Made by a program: the position numbers and the translations under genes. Positions 14,896 to 24,352 of a DNA stretch of 33,780 nucleotides are shown here, in pieces. The stretch spans positions 1-33,780 of the forward strand of contig DAISKN010000003.1 in the NCBI GenBank assembly GCA_036820975.1, given 5' to 3'. Position 1 is the first letter of the stretch; each line of letters starts with the position of its first letter. Below the pieces are notes generated by a model. The model ran no database searches and was not told where the DNA came from. It worked only from the letters and a program-made list of their open reading frames with translations. This DNA is from Acidobacteriota bacterium. Lineage in GTDB: Bacteria; Acidobacteriota; Vicinamibacteria; Marinacidobacterales; SMYC01.

Positions 14896-15889
14896 CGAGA
14901 ACGAGCGAAAGCCCCCGCTCGACGAGGTGATAGGTGAGGACCGAGCCGCCAGCGGCGCGAATCGCGTCCTCGACGGCGGCGCGCCTGCCGTCCGGGACCG
15001 CGACCACCATGCAGCCGCCGCCCCCGGCACCGCAGACTTTCGCCGAGACGGCGCCGGCCGCACGCGCCGCCCCGATGATCGCTTCGAGCTCCGGGCTCGA
15101 GACCGCTGGCGCCATCGCCCGCCGGGCATCCCAATCCTCTCCCATCAGGGCGGCGACGCGATCGAGATCTCCCGCGGCGAGCGCGTTTCGCAGGGCCACG
15201 GCGGTGCGTCCGCTCTTTTCCAGGGCACGCCTCGTGCCCTCGTCGCCTTCGAGGAACCGGCGCACCACCTCCCAGTTCGTCGCTCCCGAACGGTGGGGCT
15301 GATGCGAGTAGGCGAGCAGGAACCGCTTCTCGAACTCCGCGGCGTCCACCGCCAACGGCTCTCGCCGGTGCCGGAGCTTCTCCCACCACAGGCACGATGC
15401 GCCGCCGTAAACGGGAGGGTAGTGATCCTGGGCCCCGGTCATCGTGCCCAGCACCTCGACTTCCACGTCCTTCACGATATCGATCAGGTTCCGCTCGTGA
15501 TAGCGGAAGCCCGTCAATCCGTTCAGCGCTCCGGCGATGGAGACTCCGAGCGACGACGAGGCCCCGAGCCCCGCCTGGGGAGGGGCGTCGGAGTGGGTCA
15601 CGATCGATAGAGGCTCGCGGGGAGCGAAGAAGGTCAGGAGGCGCCCCGCGATCTCGGCGCCCTCGAGCTTCGCGAGCTCTCGAGGGCTGGAAGCGGCCCT
15701 CTCTCGCCCCGAGATCTTTTCGCGCACCCGCCATTTTCCATCGGTCGAGGGGGAGATCTCGGCCTCGGTATAAAGGTCGATCGCGAGGTTCACCGTCGCC
15801 GCTTCCTCGATGAGGAGGTACAGAGGCCAGAGATCGACGGTGCCGCCGGCGAGATCTATGCGCGAGGGGGACCGGGCGCGGAGGGTCAT
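14882..15889 (-). CDS. GHMP-family kinase (sugar-phosphate / sugar-1-kinase clade, HddA/fucokinase-like)
   Basis: 335-aa ORF with N-terminal SRIDLAGGTVDLWP, GHMP motif II PPQAGLGASSSLGVSIAGAL and C-terminal KVCGAGGGGCMVV. Substrate cannot be assigned from sequence alone. Confidence 0.8.
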   Translation of the reverse strand: MTLRARSPSRIDLAGGTVDLWPLYLLIEEAATVNLAIDLYTEAEISPSTDGKWRVREKISGRERAASSPRELAKLEGAEIAGRLLTFFAPREPLSIVTHSDAPPQAGLGASSSLGVSIAGALNGLTGFRYHERNLIDIVKDVEVEVLGTMTGAQDHYPPVYGGASCLWWEKLRHRREPLAVDAAEFEKRFLLAYSHQPHRSGATNWEVVRRFLEGDEGTRRALEKSGRTAVALRNALAAGDLDRVAALMGEDWDARRAMAPAVSSPELEAIIGAARAAGAVSAKVCGAGGGGCMVVAVPDGRRAAVEDAIRAAGGSVLTYHLVERGLSLVLDDPL

Positions 15890-16417
15890 CTACCAGACGA
15901 AGCCGACGTACGCGCTGAACTCCGTGTCGGCGCCCGATTCGAAAGCGCCCTGGACCTGGAGCTCGAGAGACAGGTGACCGATCTCCACCCCGCCGAGAAA
16001 GTGATAGCCGATGTCGTTGGCCCAGTCGGTCTCGTTCGAAACGAAGTTGAGGGTGCTCACCAGGCCGAGGCCGCCGCCGACGAAAGGACGCGCGCCGAGG
16101 CTCCCGGACTTGTACTTGATGTTGGCGAACCCGTTGATGGGAACGACCGTCGCCGTCGGGCCCGAGGCAGTGACGTCCTGCCGATAGATGGACGTCTGCA
16201 CTTCGAAGCCGGCGAAGAGCGTCTCCGAGAAGTTGACCGGATAGTCGGCTCCGAAGGCGGCACGCCAGCGGCCTTCGAACCCGACGTCCCGCGGATGAAG
16301 AATGACGCCGCCCTTGAGGAAGGTGTCTCCGGCGAGCGCCGGACCGGCCACCGCGAGCAGGGCCGGCACGAGCGCCGCCAGGAAAAGCCGCGCGTGACGA
16401 GCTTTCTCGATTTTCAT
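15890..16417 (-). CDS. small outer-membrane beta-barrel protein (OmpA-like transmembrane / OmpW-like class)
   Basis: I place the start at the internal ATG (complement of 16415-16417), giving signal peptide MKIEKARHARLFLAALVPALLAVAGPALA|GD. The sequence shows alternating hydrophobic beta-strand periodicity and an aromatic C-terminus ...YVGFVW. Its stop codon directly abuts the ATG of the GHMP kinase. Confidence 0.75.
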   Translation of the reverse strand: MKIEKARHARLFLAALVPALLAVAGPALAGDTFLKGGVILHPRDVGFEGRWRAAFGADYPVNFSETLFAGFEVQTSIYRQDVTASGPTATVVPINGFANIKYKSGSLGARPFVGGGLGLVSTLNFVSNETDWANDIGYHFLGGVEIGHLSLELQVQGAFESGADTEFSAYVGFVW

Positions 16418-16443
16418 GTGCCGGGAATTATAACCCACCGTGA

Positions 16444-17016
16444 ATGCTATCCTGGAGGGTTGTGGGCGATCTGGTGAAAGCGGTGGGGGAGCGGCTTCAG
16501 AACCGCGTCCCCGCGAGCGCCCCCCCGGAATTGCGGCCTGCCGCCGTCCTGATCCCCATCGTTGTCGAGCCCGAAGGACATTCGCTCCTTCTCACCCGCC
16601 GAGCCGAGAACCTGCGGCGCCAGCCCGGGGACATCTCCTTTCCCGGGGGCGCAGTCGACCCGTCGGACGAGACCCCTCTCGCGGCAGCGCTCCGCGAGAG
16701 CCGCGAGGAGGTCGGGCTCGATCCGGGTGCGGTCACCGTCCTCGGGCAGATGGACGAGCGCGGAACCATCACCGGGTTCCGCATCACTCCCTTCGTCGGA
16801 GTGGTCATCGGGCCGTACGACTTCGCGCCGAACCACGAGGTCGGCGAGCTCCTGAAAGTCCCGATCGCGATGCTTTCCGCCCCCGCGGCGCTCTCGATCG
16901 AAATCCGGCGAATGCGCGGTGTCCCCCGCGACGTCTACCACTACCGCTACCGCGAGCACGACATCTGGGGCATCACGGGGCAGCTCGTCAAGGATTTCTT
17001 GGAGCTCATCCAATAG
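16444..17016 (+). CDS. Nudix hydrolase, CoA pyrophosphatase-like
   Basis: 190-aa ORF with Nudix box FPGGAVDPSDETPLAAALRESREEVGL and the CoA-pyrophosphatase-type context AAVLIPIV...LLLTRRAENLRRQPGDISFPGG. The exact start is uncertain (ATG 16444 or a downstream GTG). Confidence 0.8.
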   Translation: MLSWRVVGDLVKAVGERLQNRVPASAPPELRPAAVLIPIVVEPEGHSLLLTRRAENLRRQPGDISFPGGAVDPSDETPLAAALRESREEVGLDPGAVTVLGQMDERGTITGFRITPFVGVVIGPYDFAPNHEVGELLKVPIAMLSAPAALSIEIRRMRGVPRDVYHYRYREHDIWGITGQLVKDFLELIQ

Positions 17017-17058
17017 AAGTCATCGGTCATCAGGTCATCAGTCGGACGTTTCCGAGGC

Positions 17059-18003
17059 TCAGCTGCGGCGCCCAAGCTTCGGCGTCTCCGAACCGGTAAC
17101 TGGAAACTGACAACTGACAACTGCTTTGTCCACGAATCCAACGAAAACGGGATGCCGGAGTCTCCGCTCTCTCGTGAGCCCGGTGTACTGGACGCGCACC
17201 ACCAGACGCGGAGCGATCCAGTCGATCTCGCCCGGGGCCTCGGCCTCTAACCCCGGGGGCGGCTTCGAGCGCAGTCCGTCGAGAGCGGTTTCCAGATCTT
17301 TGAGCGTGGTCTGATCGATCCCGCTTCCCGCGTTTCCGATCCAGACGAGCCGTCCTTCCCGGTGGGAGCCGAGCACCAGGGATTTGATCCGTTTCCCTCC
17401 GCGCTCGCGGACGAGGCCTACGAGGACCGCGTCCACCTCGCGCCGCACCTTGATCTTGAGCCAGTCCTGAGTTCGTTCGCCCGGGAGGTAGCGGCTTCCC
17501 AGCCTCTTCGCGAAGATTCCCTCGAGACCTCGCTCCTTCGCCTCTTCGAACAATGCCGTGCCCCGGCCGACCACGTAGGCGCTTTCGACGATGGGCGAGG
17601 GAGGATTCACCAGGAGCTCCGAGAGCAGGCGGCGCCTCTCGACCAGAGGGCGATCGAGGAGCGACTCGCCGTTGCGGTGCAGGAGATCGAAAGCGATATA
17701 GACCGCGGGGTGCGCGCGGGATTTAACCCCTGCGGTGCGAGTCAGCTCGCGCACCAGCACCCGCTGGAAGTCCGGCCGGCCCTCTTCGTCGAGGACCACG
17801 ATCTCCCCGTCGAGGATGCCCTCCCCGTCGAGCGCCCTCAGGGCCGTGAGGATCTCCGGATAGCGGTCCGAGCTGTCGGTCAGCTTCCGCCCCTGCAGGC
17901 GGGCGAGCCCCTCGCCGAAGAACGCCAGGGCGCGGATGCCGTCCCACTTGATCTCGTAGAGATAGTCGTCCGAATCGAAGGGCGAGCCGGGACTCGCCAG
18001 CAT
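17059..18003 (-). CDS. ligD: ATP-dependent DNA ligase, ligase-domain-only LigD type
   Basis: 314-aa ORF with adenylation motif I YEIKWDGIR, an OB-fold tail ...RLRHPVFVGF, and a position adjacent to ku. No polymerase or phosphoesterase domain is present. Confidence 0.85.
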   Translation of the reverse strand: MLASPGSPFDSDDYLYEIKWDGIRALAFFGEGLARLQGRKLTDSSDRYPEILTALRALDGEGILDGEIVVLDEEGRPDFQRVLVRELTRTAGVKSRAHPAVYIAFDLLHRNGESLLDRPLVERRRLLSELLVNPPSPIVESAYVVGRGTALFEEAKERGLEGIFAKRLGSRYLPGERTQDWLKIKVRREVDAVLVGLVRERGGKRIKSLVLGSHREGRLVWIGNAGSGIDQTTLKDLETALDGLRSKPPPGLEAEAPGEIDWIAPRLVVRVQYTGLTRERRLRHPVFVGFVDKAVVSCQFPVTGSETPKLGRRS

Positions 18004-18039
18004 CGGCGGGATTCTCGACGTGCGCCAGTCGGACAGACC

Positions 18040-18828
18040 TCAACTCGCCCGTTCGAGGCTCTGCTCCAGGCTCGATTTGAGCGCCTCCATGAGGTTGATG
18101 ACCTTGCCGGTCTCTACCTCGGGCGGCTCGACGATTTCCTTGCCTTCCGCCTTGGCCTTGATGATCTCGAGGAGCTTCTCCCGGTAGTTGTCCTTGAACT
18201 CCTCCGGCTGGAACGGCTTGGTGATGGCGTTGATGAGCTGGGTCGCGAGCTTGAGCTCCTCGGGGTTCACCTGGGGCTTGGCCTCGAGCTCCTCGATGCC
18301 GGAAAGGGCCCGGATCTCGTCGGCGTAGTAGAGCGCCGACATCACGAAGGCGTTGTCGCGCGGCCGCACCGCGACCATCTGCTCCTTGCCGTTCATCACG
18401 ATGCGGGCGAGGCCGATCCGATCGGTCTCCTCGGCCGCGGTGCGGATGGTGGCGAAGGACTCGATGGCGACGGGTCCGTCGGGAACGAGGTAGTGCGAGC
18501 CGTGGTAGTAGAGGGGGTCGATCTCGCCGCGCTGGACGAACTGCACGATCTGGATCGATCGGGTGGACTCGAGCCGGACCTTGGCGAAGTCCTCCTCGTC
18601 GAAGATCACGTACTGCTCCTTGGCGTACTCGTAGCCCTTCACGATCTCGTCGCTCCCGACGCTCCGGTCGCAGGTGGGGCATCTCTTGTCGTAGCGAATG
18701 CGGGTGTTGCACACCTTGTGAATCTGGTTGAACGAGAGCGCCTCGGAACGGGCGGCGGGGTACATCCGCACGGGGATGTTCACCAGCGACAGCTTCAGGA
18801 AGCCTTTCCAGGTAGGTCTCACCGGCAC
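18040..18828 (-). CDS. ku: Ku DNA end-binding protein (NHEJ)
   Basis: 262-aa ORF with WKGFLKLSLVNIPVRMYPA...IVKGYEY...YVIFDEEDF, the bacterial Ku core signature. Confidence 0.9.
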   Translation of the reverse strand: MPVRPTWKGFLKLSLVNIPVRMYPAARSEALSFNQIHKVCNTRIRYDKRCPTCDRSVGSDEIVKGYEYAKEQYVIFDEEDFAKVRLESTRSIQIVQFVQRGEIDPLYYHGSHYLVPDGPVAIESFATIRTAAEETDRIGLARIVMNGKEQMVAVRPRDNAFVMSALYYADEIRALSGIEELEAKPQVNPEELKLATQLINAITKPFQPEEFKDNYREKLLEIIKAKAEGKEIVEPPEVETGKVINLMEALKSSLEQSLERAS

Positions 18829-19049
18829 CTCCTCCGTGTTCCCGGAGTGTAGAAGTCGCAGCCGCGGCTGTCAACGCGACGGGCGGGAAGAATTCGCGCG
18901 ACGCCGTAAATGACGGACAATAATGAACCTCGGCAGACGCGAGTTTTTCGACCGTGCCTGGATTTGCTATGATTCGTGTGAAAGCGGGGCGCTCGCGAAT
19001 CGAGCTCGCCGAAAGACGATTATCCCTCGCGACTGGAGAACTCAACCAC

Positions 19050-20915
19050 ATGTCAACCGAGACCCTCGAAGGTGAGGCACGGCCGGACGTCAAGCCCACT
19101 CTGATCAACGATTTTTCCATCCAGGTGGCGACGGTCAACGGCTCCGGAAGCCAATCCTCGAACAGCGTGCTGATGCGATCGATTTTTCAGATGGGAGTGC
19201 CGGTGAGCGGGAAGAACCTCTTCCCCTCGAACATCCAGGGCCTCCCCACCTGGTTCACGATCCGCGCGAACAAAAAGGGCTATATCGCCCGGAGGAAGGA
19301 GATCGATCTCCTGGTGGCGATGAACCCCGCGACCGCCCGCGAGGACGTGGCCGCGCTCGAGCCCGGGTCCGCCGTAGTCTACGAAGAGAGCCTGGGGCTT
19401 TCGAAGCTCCGGAGCGACCTCGTCACCTACCCCGTTCCCTTCGCCGAGCTGGCGAAGGAGGTGGTGGAGGACACGCGCCTCCGAAAGCTCCTCGCCAACA
19501 TGATCTACGTCGGCGTCGTGGGACACCTCCTCTCGATCGATCGCCAGGAGATCCGGACCGCCATCGAGAAGCAGTTCTCCGGCAAGGCGAAGGCGGTGGG
19601 CCTCAACGTCAAGGCGGTCGACGTCGGCTTCGATTACGCGGCCAAGCATTTCCAGATCTCGGACACGATGCGCGTCGAGCGGATGAACAAAACCGCCGGG
19701 AAAATCCTGATCGACGGCAACGCCGCCGCCGCCATCGGCTCGATGTTCGCCGGTGTCACCGTCGTGACCTGGTATCCCATCACTCCGTCTTCGAGCCTCG
19801 TCGAACAGCTCATCGACTACCTCAAGGAATATCGGGTCGATGAGGCCACGGGGAAGGCCACTTTCGCCGTGGTACAGGCCGAGGACGAGCTCGCCGCCAT
19901 CGGCATGGTCCTGGGGGCGGGCTGGGCGGGTGCGCGCTCGATGACCTCCACCAGCGGCCCGGGCATCTCGCTCATGTCGGAGTTCGTCGGCCTCGGCTAC
20001 TACGCCGAGATTCCCGCGGTGGTGTGGAACATCCAACGCGTCGGACCCTCGACGGGACTTCCCACCAGAACCTCTCAGGGAGACGTGCTGAGCTGCTATC
20101 AGCTTTCCCATGGCGACACCAAGCACATCCTGCTGTTCCCCTCCTCCGTCGCCGAGTGCTTCGAGCACGCTGCGACGGCCTTCGACCTGGCGGAGCGCTT
20201 CCAGACGCCGGTTTTCGTGATGTCGGACCTGGATCTGGGGATGAACGTCTGGATGTCGGACCCGTTTCCGTATCCGGAGAAGCCCATCGACCGCGGGAAG
20301 GTATTGAGCGCGGCGGACCTCGAGAAGGTCGGAACCTTCGGGCGCTATCGGGACGTCGACGGCGACGGCATCCCCTACCGAACGCTCCCCGGGACCAACC
20401 ACCCTCTCGCCGCCTACTTCACCCGGGGAAGCGGCCATACCCCCGAGGCCGAGTACAGCGAGCGGGCGACGGACTACGTCTCGAATCTCGACCGCCTCGC
20501 GAGGAAATACGACACCGCCCGCACCTTCGTGCCCGCGCCCGTCGTCGACAACGAGAAGACGGCGGAGGTGGGCATCATCGCCTACGGGACCACGGACTGG
20601 GCAGTCCAGGAGTCCCGCGACCAGCTCCGCGAGGAGGCCGACCTGAAAACGAGCTACCTCCGGGTCCGCGCGCTTCCGTTCAACGCCGACCTCGCGGCCT
20701 TCGTCGCCCGCCACCGGCGGGTGTACGTCGTGGAACAGAACCGCGACGCGCAGATGCTCCAGCTGGTGCGTCTCGAGCTCGCGTCGCGCCCCGAGCTGGT
20801 GGGCCATGTGGAAAAGCTCCGGAGCGTCCTTCACTACAGCGGGCTTCCCATCGACGCCCGTTTCGTAACCGAGCAGATCCTCTCGCAAGAGCGGGCAGCC
20901 TCGAAGCCTCGATGA
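19050..20915 (+). CDS. korA: 2-oxoacid:ferredoxin oxidoreductase subunit alpha (fused gamma+alpha domains)
   Basis: I prefer the internal ATG at 19050 (MSTETLEG..., with GGAGAA ending ~9 nt upstream) of track ORF 18954..20915. The N-terminal POR gamma-type segment is FSIQVATVNGSGSQSSNSVL...GKNLFPSNIQGLPT, followed by the alpha-type segment DGNAAAAIGSMFAGVTVVTWYPITPSS. Confidence 0.85.
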   Translation: MSTETLEGEARPDVKPTLINDFSIQVATVNGSGSQSSNSVLMRSIFQMGVPVSGKNLFPSNIQGLPTWFTIRANKKGYIARRKEIDLLVAMNPATAREDVAALEPGSAVVYEESLGLSKLRSDLVTYPVPFAELAKEVVEDTRLRKLLANMIYVGVVGHLLSIDRQEIRTAIEKQFSGKAKAVGLNVKAVDVGFDYAAKHFQISDTMRVERMNKTAGKILIDGNAAAAIGSMFAGVTVVTWYPITPSSSLVEQLIDYLKEYRVDEATGKATFAVVQAEDELAAIGMVLGAGWAGARSMTSTSGPGISLMSEFVGLGYYAEIPAVVWNIQRVGPSTGLPTRTSQGDVLSCYQLSHGDTKHILLFPSSVAECFEHAATAFDLAERFQTPVFVMSDLDLGMNVWMSDPFPYPEKPIDRGKVLSAADLEKVGTFGRYRDVDGDGIPYRTLPGTNHPLAAYFTRGSGHTPEAEYSERATDYVSNLDRLARKYDTARTFVPAPVVDNEKTAEVGIIAYGTTDWAVQESRDQLREEADLKTSYLRVRALPFNADLAAFVARHRRVYVVEQNRDAQMLQLVRLELASRPELVGHVEKLRSVLHYSGLPIDARFVTEQILSQERAASKPR

Positions 20916-20931
20916 AGACTGGAAGTGCGTC

Positions 20932-21981
20932 ATGGGAACGATAGTCGAAGAATCCGCGTCGCCGAAGAAAGTGAACCGCGTCGGACTCACCCAGGCCGAC
21001 TACAAGGGAAAGCCATCGACCCTCTGTAAGGGCTGCGGCCACGACTCCATCAGCAGCCAGCTCATCAAGGCGTTCTACGAGTACGGGGTGGAGCCCTACA
21101 AGGTGGCGAAGCTCTCGGGAATCGGCTGCTCGTCGAAGACGCCCGCGTACTTCCTCAACCGCAGCCACGGCTTCAACGCCGTGCACGGCCGCATGCCCTC
21201 GGTGGCGACCGGCTCGATTCTCGCGAACCGCAACCTGGTCGCCGTCGGCGTCTCCGGGGACGGTGACACCGCGTCCATCGGCATCGGTCAGTTCGTTCAC
21301 CTTCTGCGGCGCAACCTCCCCATCGTCTACATCGTGGAGAACAACGGGGTCTACGGTCTGACCAAGGGCCAGTTCTCGGCGACCGCGGATCTCGGCTCCA
21401 AGCTCAAGACCGGAGTGGTGAACGATCTCCCGGCGATCGATCTGTGCGCGCTCGGCATCGAGCTCGGCGCGACCTACGTCGCCCGTTCGTTCGCCGGCGA
21501 TCCGAAGCAGGTGGTGGCGCTGCTGAAGGGCGCGTTCGCCCACAACGGCACCGCGGTGCTGGACATCATCAGCCCCTGCGTCACCTTCAACAACCACGAG
21601 GGCTCTACCAAGAGCTACACCTGGGGCAAGGAGAACGAGGAGATGCTCCACGATCTGGACTTCATCCCGTTCTTCGAGCCGATCGAGGTCGATTACGAGG
21701 AGGGGCAGGCGATGGACGTCGAGCTCCACGACGGGTCGCACATCCTCCTGAGGAAGCTCGGTCGCGACTACGATCCCAGGAACAGGAGGGTCGCTATCGA
21801 GCTCCTCATGGAAGCCCGGGAGAAGCAGCAGTTCCTGACGGGCCTGCTGTTCGTCGATCCCGACGAGAAGAACTTCATCGACCACCTCAATCTGGTCGAC
21901 GAGCCGCTGGCGACGCTCCCGCTCGAGAGGACCCGGCCCAAGAAGGCCGCCCTCGACGCGATCATGGAATCGCTGAAGTAG
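20932..21981 (+). CDS. korB: 2-oxoacid:ferredoxin oxidoreductase subunit beta (TPP-binding)
   Basis: 349-aa ORF with CKGCGHDSI and the TPP-binding GDGDTASIG...NNGVYGLTKGQ motifs, 16 nt after korA. Confidence 0.9.
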   Translation: MGTIVEESASPKKVNRVGLTQADYKGKPSTLCKGCGHDSISSQLIKAFYEYGVEPYKVAKLSGIGCSSKTPAYFLNRSHGFNAVHGRMPSVATGSILANRNLVAVGVSGDGDTASIGIGQFVHLLRRNLPIVYIVENNGVYGLTKGQFSATADLGSKLKTGVVNDLPAIDLCALGIELGATYVARSFAGDPKQVVALLKGAFAHNGTAVLDIISPCVTFNNHEGSTKSYTWGKENEEMLHDLDFIPFFEPIEVDYEEGQAMDVELHDGSHILLRKLGRDYDPRNRRVAIELLMEAREKQQFLTGLLFVDPDEKNFIDHLNLVDEPLATLPLERTRPKKAALDAIMESLK

Positions 21982-22016
21982 AACAGCTCCAACACACTCA
22001 TCTGAAACGATCCCGA

Positions 22017-22048
22017 GCCGCGGGGCCCTGAAGGAGGTCCCCCGCGGC
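22017..22048. terminator. bidirectional stem-loop between convergent korB and the TonB-dependent receptor
   Basis: gccgcgggg (22017-22025) pairs with ccccgcggc (22040-22048): a perfect 9-bp GC stem with a 14-nt loop. No clear U tract. Confidence 0.45.
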
Positions 22049-22058
22049 ACGAATTCAC

Positions 22059-24221
22059 TCAACGAAACCGGTACTTCAGCTCGGCGACGACCTGCCTCTT
22101 GATGATGTCGCCGAAGACGTGCTGCTGCGCGTCGTCGTTGTTCAGATTGACGAGCTTGATCGACGCGGTGATCCGGTCTTCCGCCAACCTCACTCCGAAG
22201 CCTCCGTTCACCATCGCGTAGGATTCCGTCGGTCCGTGATAACGGGCGTCGAGGACGTCCGTCCAGAAGGCGGAGTCGGTGTAGTTGAACGACAGGTTCC
22301 CGAAGAACCGCCCTACCGAGAGATTCGCACCCACGTTGAATCGGTTCGCCGGAGGAATGTTCAGCTCGGAGAAGTCCGCCGGATTGTCGGGCTCCGGCTC
22401 CGCCTGCCAGGAGTAGTTGGCGAAGAGGCCCAAGTCGTCCGAGATCCGCGCATCGAGCCCGAGCTCGATTCCCCAATCCCTCACCCCCTCGAAGTTCAGA
22501 TAGGTGAAGCCCGACGGAAGCCCCCGTCCCGCTTGATTCAGGAGATCGAGGACCACCGGCGGCAGCGGCCATCCGGGCGGAGGATTGCCGCTGCTGTAGG
22601 TCCCCGACTGCGTGAAGAAGATGTTGTCGCTCGTCTGGTTCAGGTACCAGGCGGCGCTGAGATTATATCGATCCGCGACGGTACCGGTGTAACCGACCTC
22701 GTACGCTGTCATGCTTTCCTCGTTCAGCCCCTCGTTCCCCACGGCGGCCACGGGAAACGCGTACTGTCTTCCGGCGAGCGCGGGGTTGAGGAGGCCGAGG
22801 TCGATCGCCTGCACGATGGTGACGTCTAGGAAGCTGTTCACGAACGACGGCGCCCGGAACGCCTTGTTGTAGGAGACGCGGAACGCGTGCTCCGGCGTCG
22901 GCTTGATCATGAACGTGGTGCGGGGCGAGAAGACGACCTTGTCGATCACACTGAAGGCGTCGGCCCGGCCCCCCACCAGCCAGCGGAAGTGGTCCGAGAG
23001 AAAGATCTCGTCCTGAATGTAGAAGCCTCCCTCGGTTCGGTTGTCGCCCCGGGGAGCGATCGAGAGGTCGAAGCCGTTGTACCGGAAGTTGCCTCCGTAG
23101 GTGAGGATGTGGCGGGTGCCGAGGACCGACGAGGTTCCCGCCTCGAAGTCGTAGGTCTTGTTGTCGAAGAGGAACGTGATGGGCCGGCCGTCGGGTCCGA
23201 CGGCGAGGAGCGCCGGGGCCTCGCCGTCGAGGAGGTTGGTGAAGAAGTTCACCTTCCAGCTCCCCCGCTCGTAGTTGACCTTTCCGTAGCCCGAAACGGT
23301 CCCCGACTGGATGTCGAAGGGGCCGATCCCGGTATGGATGATTCCCTGGGTTCCGGCGAATCCGCCGGCGAAGATGAGCTTCTGGTTAGAGTCGGCGAAG
23401 TCGTAGTCGACCCGGGCGTCGAGCTTCGGCTGCGTGGTCTCGGTGTTGGGAAAGGGCGGGTACTCCCCGCCGCCCGTGCCCCGCTCGGGGTCGACGGGAA
23501 TCCGGCCCGTCGGCCGCGCGAACGCCTCCATGTTGAAGACGCCGGCGGAAATCTTGTAGGCCCAGCGGTCGTTCAACGCCTGCGCGTGGGTCAGGTGGAT
23601 GTTGTACGTCTCGCCGCCGTCCTGGTCGCTTCCGGGCACGTCCCGATTCACTCCTCCGTAAGCCAGAGTGAGCGTCGTGCCGTCGATCTGCCGGGGGGTC
23701 TTGGTGATGACGTTGACGACGCCGGTCATGGCGTTCGCTCCCCAGACCGCCGAAGCGGGGCCGCGGATGACCTCGATCTGGGCGATCTCGCTGGTATCCA
23801 CGGGGAGGAAATCCCAGGCCACGAAGCCGAAGAAGTCCTGGTAGATGCTGCGGCCGTCCAGGAGCGCGAGCTGAGACGTCGACAGGGTCGAAGTGGCGCC
23901 GCGGGTCACGATGTTTATGTCGCGCGCGGAGGTCTGCGCAACGTTCACCCCCGGCACCGATCGCAGCAGGTCGCCGTAGTTCGAAGCGGGCGAGCTCTCG
24001 ATCGCCTCCGAGGTCACGACGCTCACCGCCGCGGGTGAGTTGATGAGCTGCTGCTCGACTTTCGAGGCGGTCACGATCACCGTTTCGGCGTAGGTGAGCT
24101 CGTCTTTTTCCTCCTGCTCCTCGGGCTCCTTCTCTTCCTGGGGCGGCGGCTCCTCCTGGGCTCCGGCGGGAGCGGTCCAGACGAAGGTCAAAGCGGCGGC
24201 GAGCAACCAAGTGGGTTTCAT
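22059..24221 (-). CDS. TonB-dependent outer-membrane receptor
   Basis: 720-aa ORF with signal peptide MKPTWLLAAALTFVWTAPAGA and an acidic Pro/Glu linker. Plug-domain motifs are ETVIVTASK...SPAAVSVVT...LLRSVPGVNV...RG. A long beta-barrel follows with IEVIRGPASAVWGANAMTGVVNVITK. Confidence 0.9.
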   Translation of the reverse strand: MKPTWLLAAALTFVWTAPAGAQEEPPPQEEKEPEEQEEKDELTYAETVIVTASKVEQQLINSPAAVSVVTSEAIESSPASNYGDLLRSVPGVNVAQTSARDINIVTRGATSTLSTSQLALLDGRSIYQDFFGFVAWDFLPVDTSEIAQIEVIRGPASAVWGANAMTGVVNVITKTPRQIDGTTLTLAYGGVNRDVPGSDQDGGETYNIHLTHAQALNDRWAYKISAGVFNMEAFARPTGRIPVDPERGTGGGEYPPFPNTETTQPKLDARVDYDFADSNQKLIFAGGFAGTQGIIHTGIGPFDIQSGTVSGYGKVNYERGSWKVNFFTNLLDGEAPALLAVGPDGRPITFLFDNKTYDFEAGTSSVLGTRHILTYGGNFRYNGFDLSIAPRGDNRTEGGFYIQDEIFLSDHFRWLVGGRADAFSVIDKVVFSPRTTFMIKPTPEHAFRVSYNKAFRAPSFVNSFLDVTIVQAIDLGLLNPALAGRQYAFPVAAVGNEGLNEESMTAYEVGYTGTVADRYNLSAAWYLNQTSDNIFFTQSGTYSSGNPPPGWPLPPVVLDLLNQAGRGLPSGFTYLNFEGVRDWGIELGLDARISDDLGLFANYSWQAEPEPDNPADFSELNIPPANRFNVGANLSVGRFFGNLSFNYTDSAFWTDVLDARYHGPTESYAMVNGGFGVRLAEDRITASIKLVNLNNDDAQQHVFGDIIKRQVVAELKYRFR

Positions 24222-24338
24222 ACGGTGGGACCTCCTGAAAGAAGAGCCGGGGCGATGGGGAGAACCGGCGGCGACGACGAGAATTTATTTCACAGCAGGA
24301 CCCGCAGTTTCAAGGCGGCTGCGGCTGCGGCGAATGCC

Positions 24339-24344
24339 TATAAT
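24339..24344 (+). promoter_or_regulatory. perfect TATAAT -10 hexamer 8 nt upstream of the mrp-like ATG
   Basis: tataat at 24339-24344 and ATG at 24353. No convincing -35 or SD is visible, so the mRNA would be leaderless or nearly so. Confidence 0.35.
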
Positions 24345-24352
24345 GGGCGGCC

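Noticed and set aside
18829-19049. Possible korA promoter (ttcgac / tatgat around 18944-18970)
   Set aside because: The spacer is only 15-16 nt and the -35 match is poor, so this is too weak to list as a feature.
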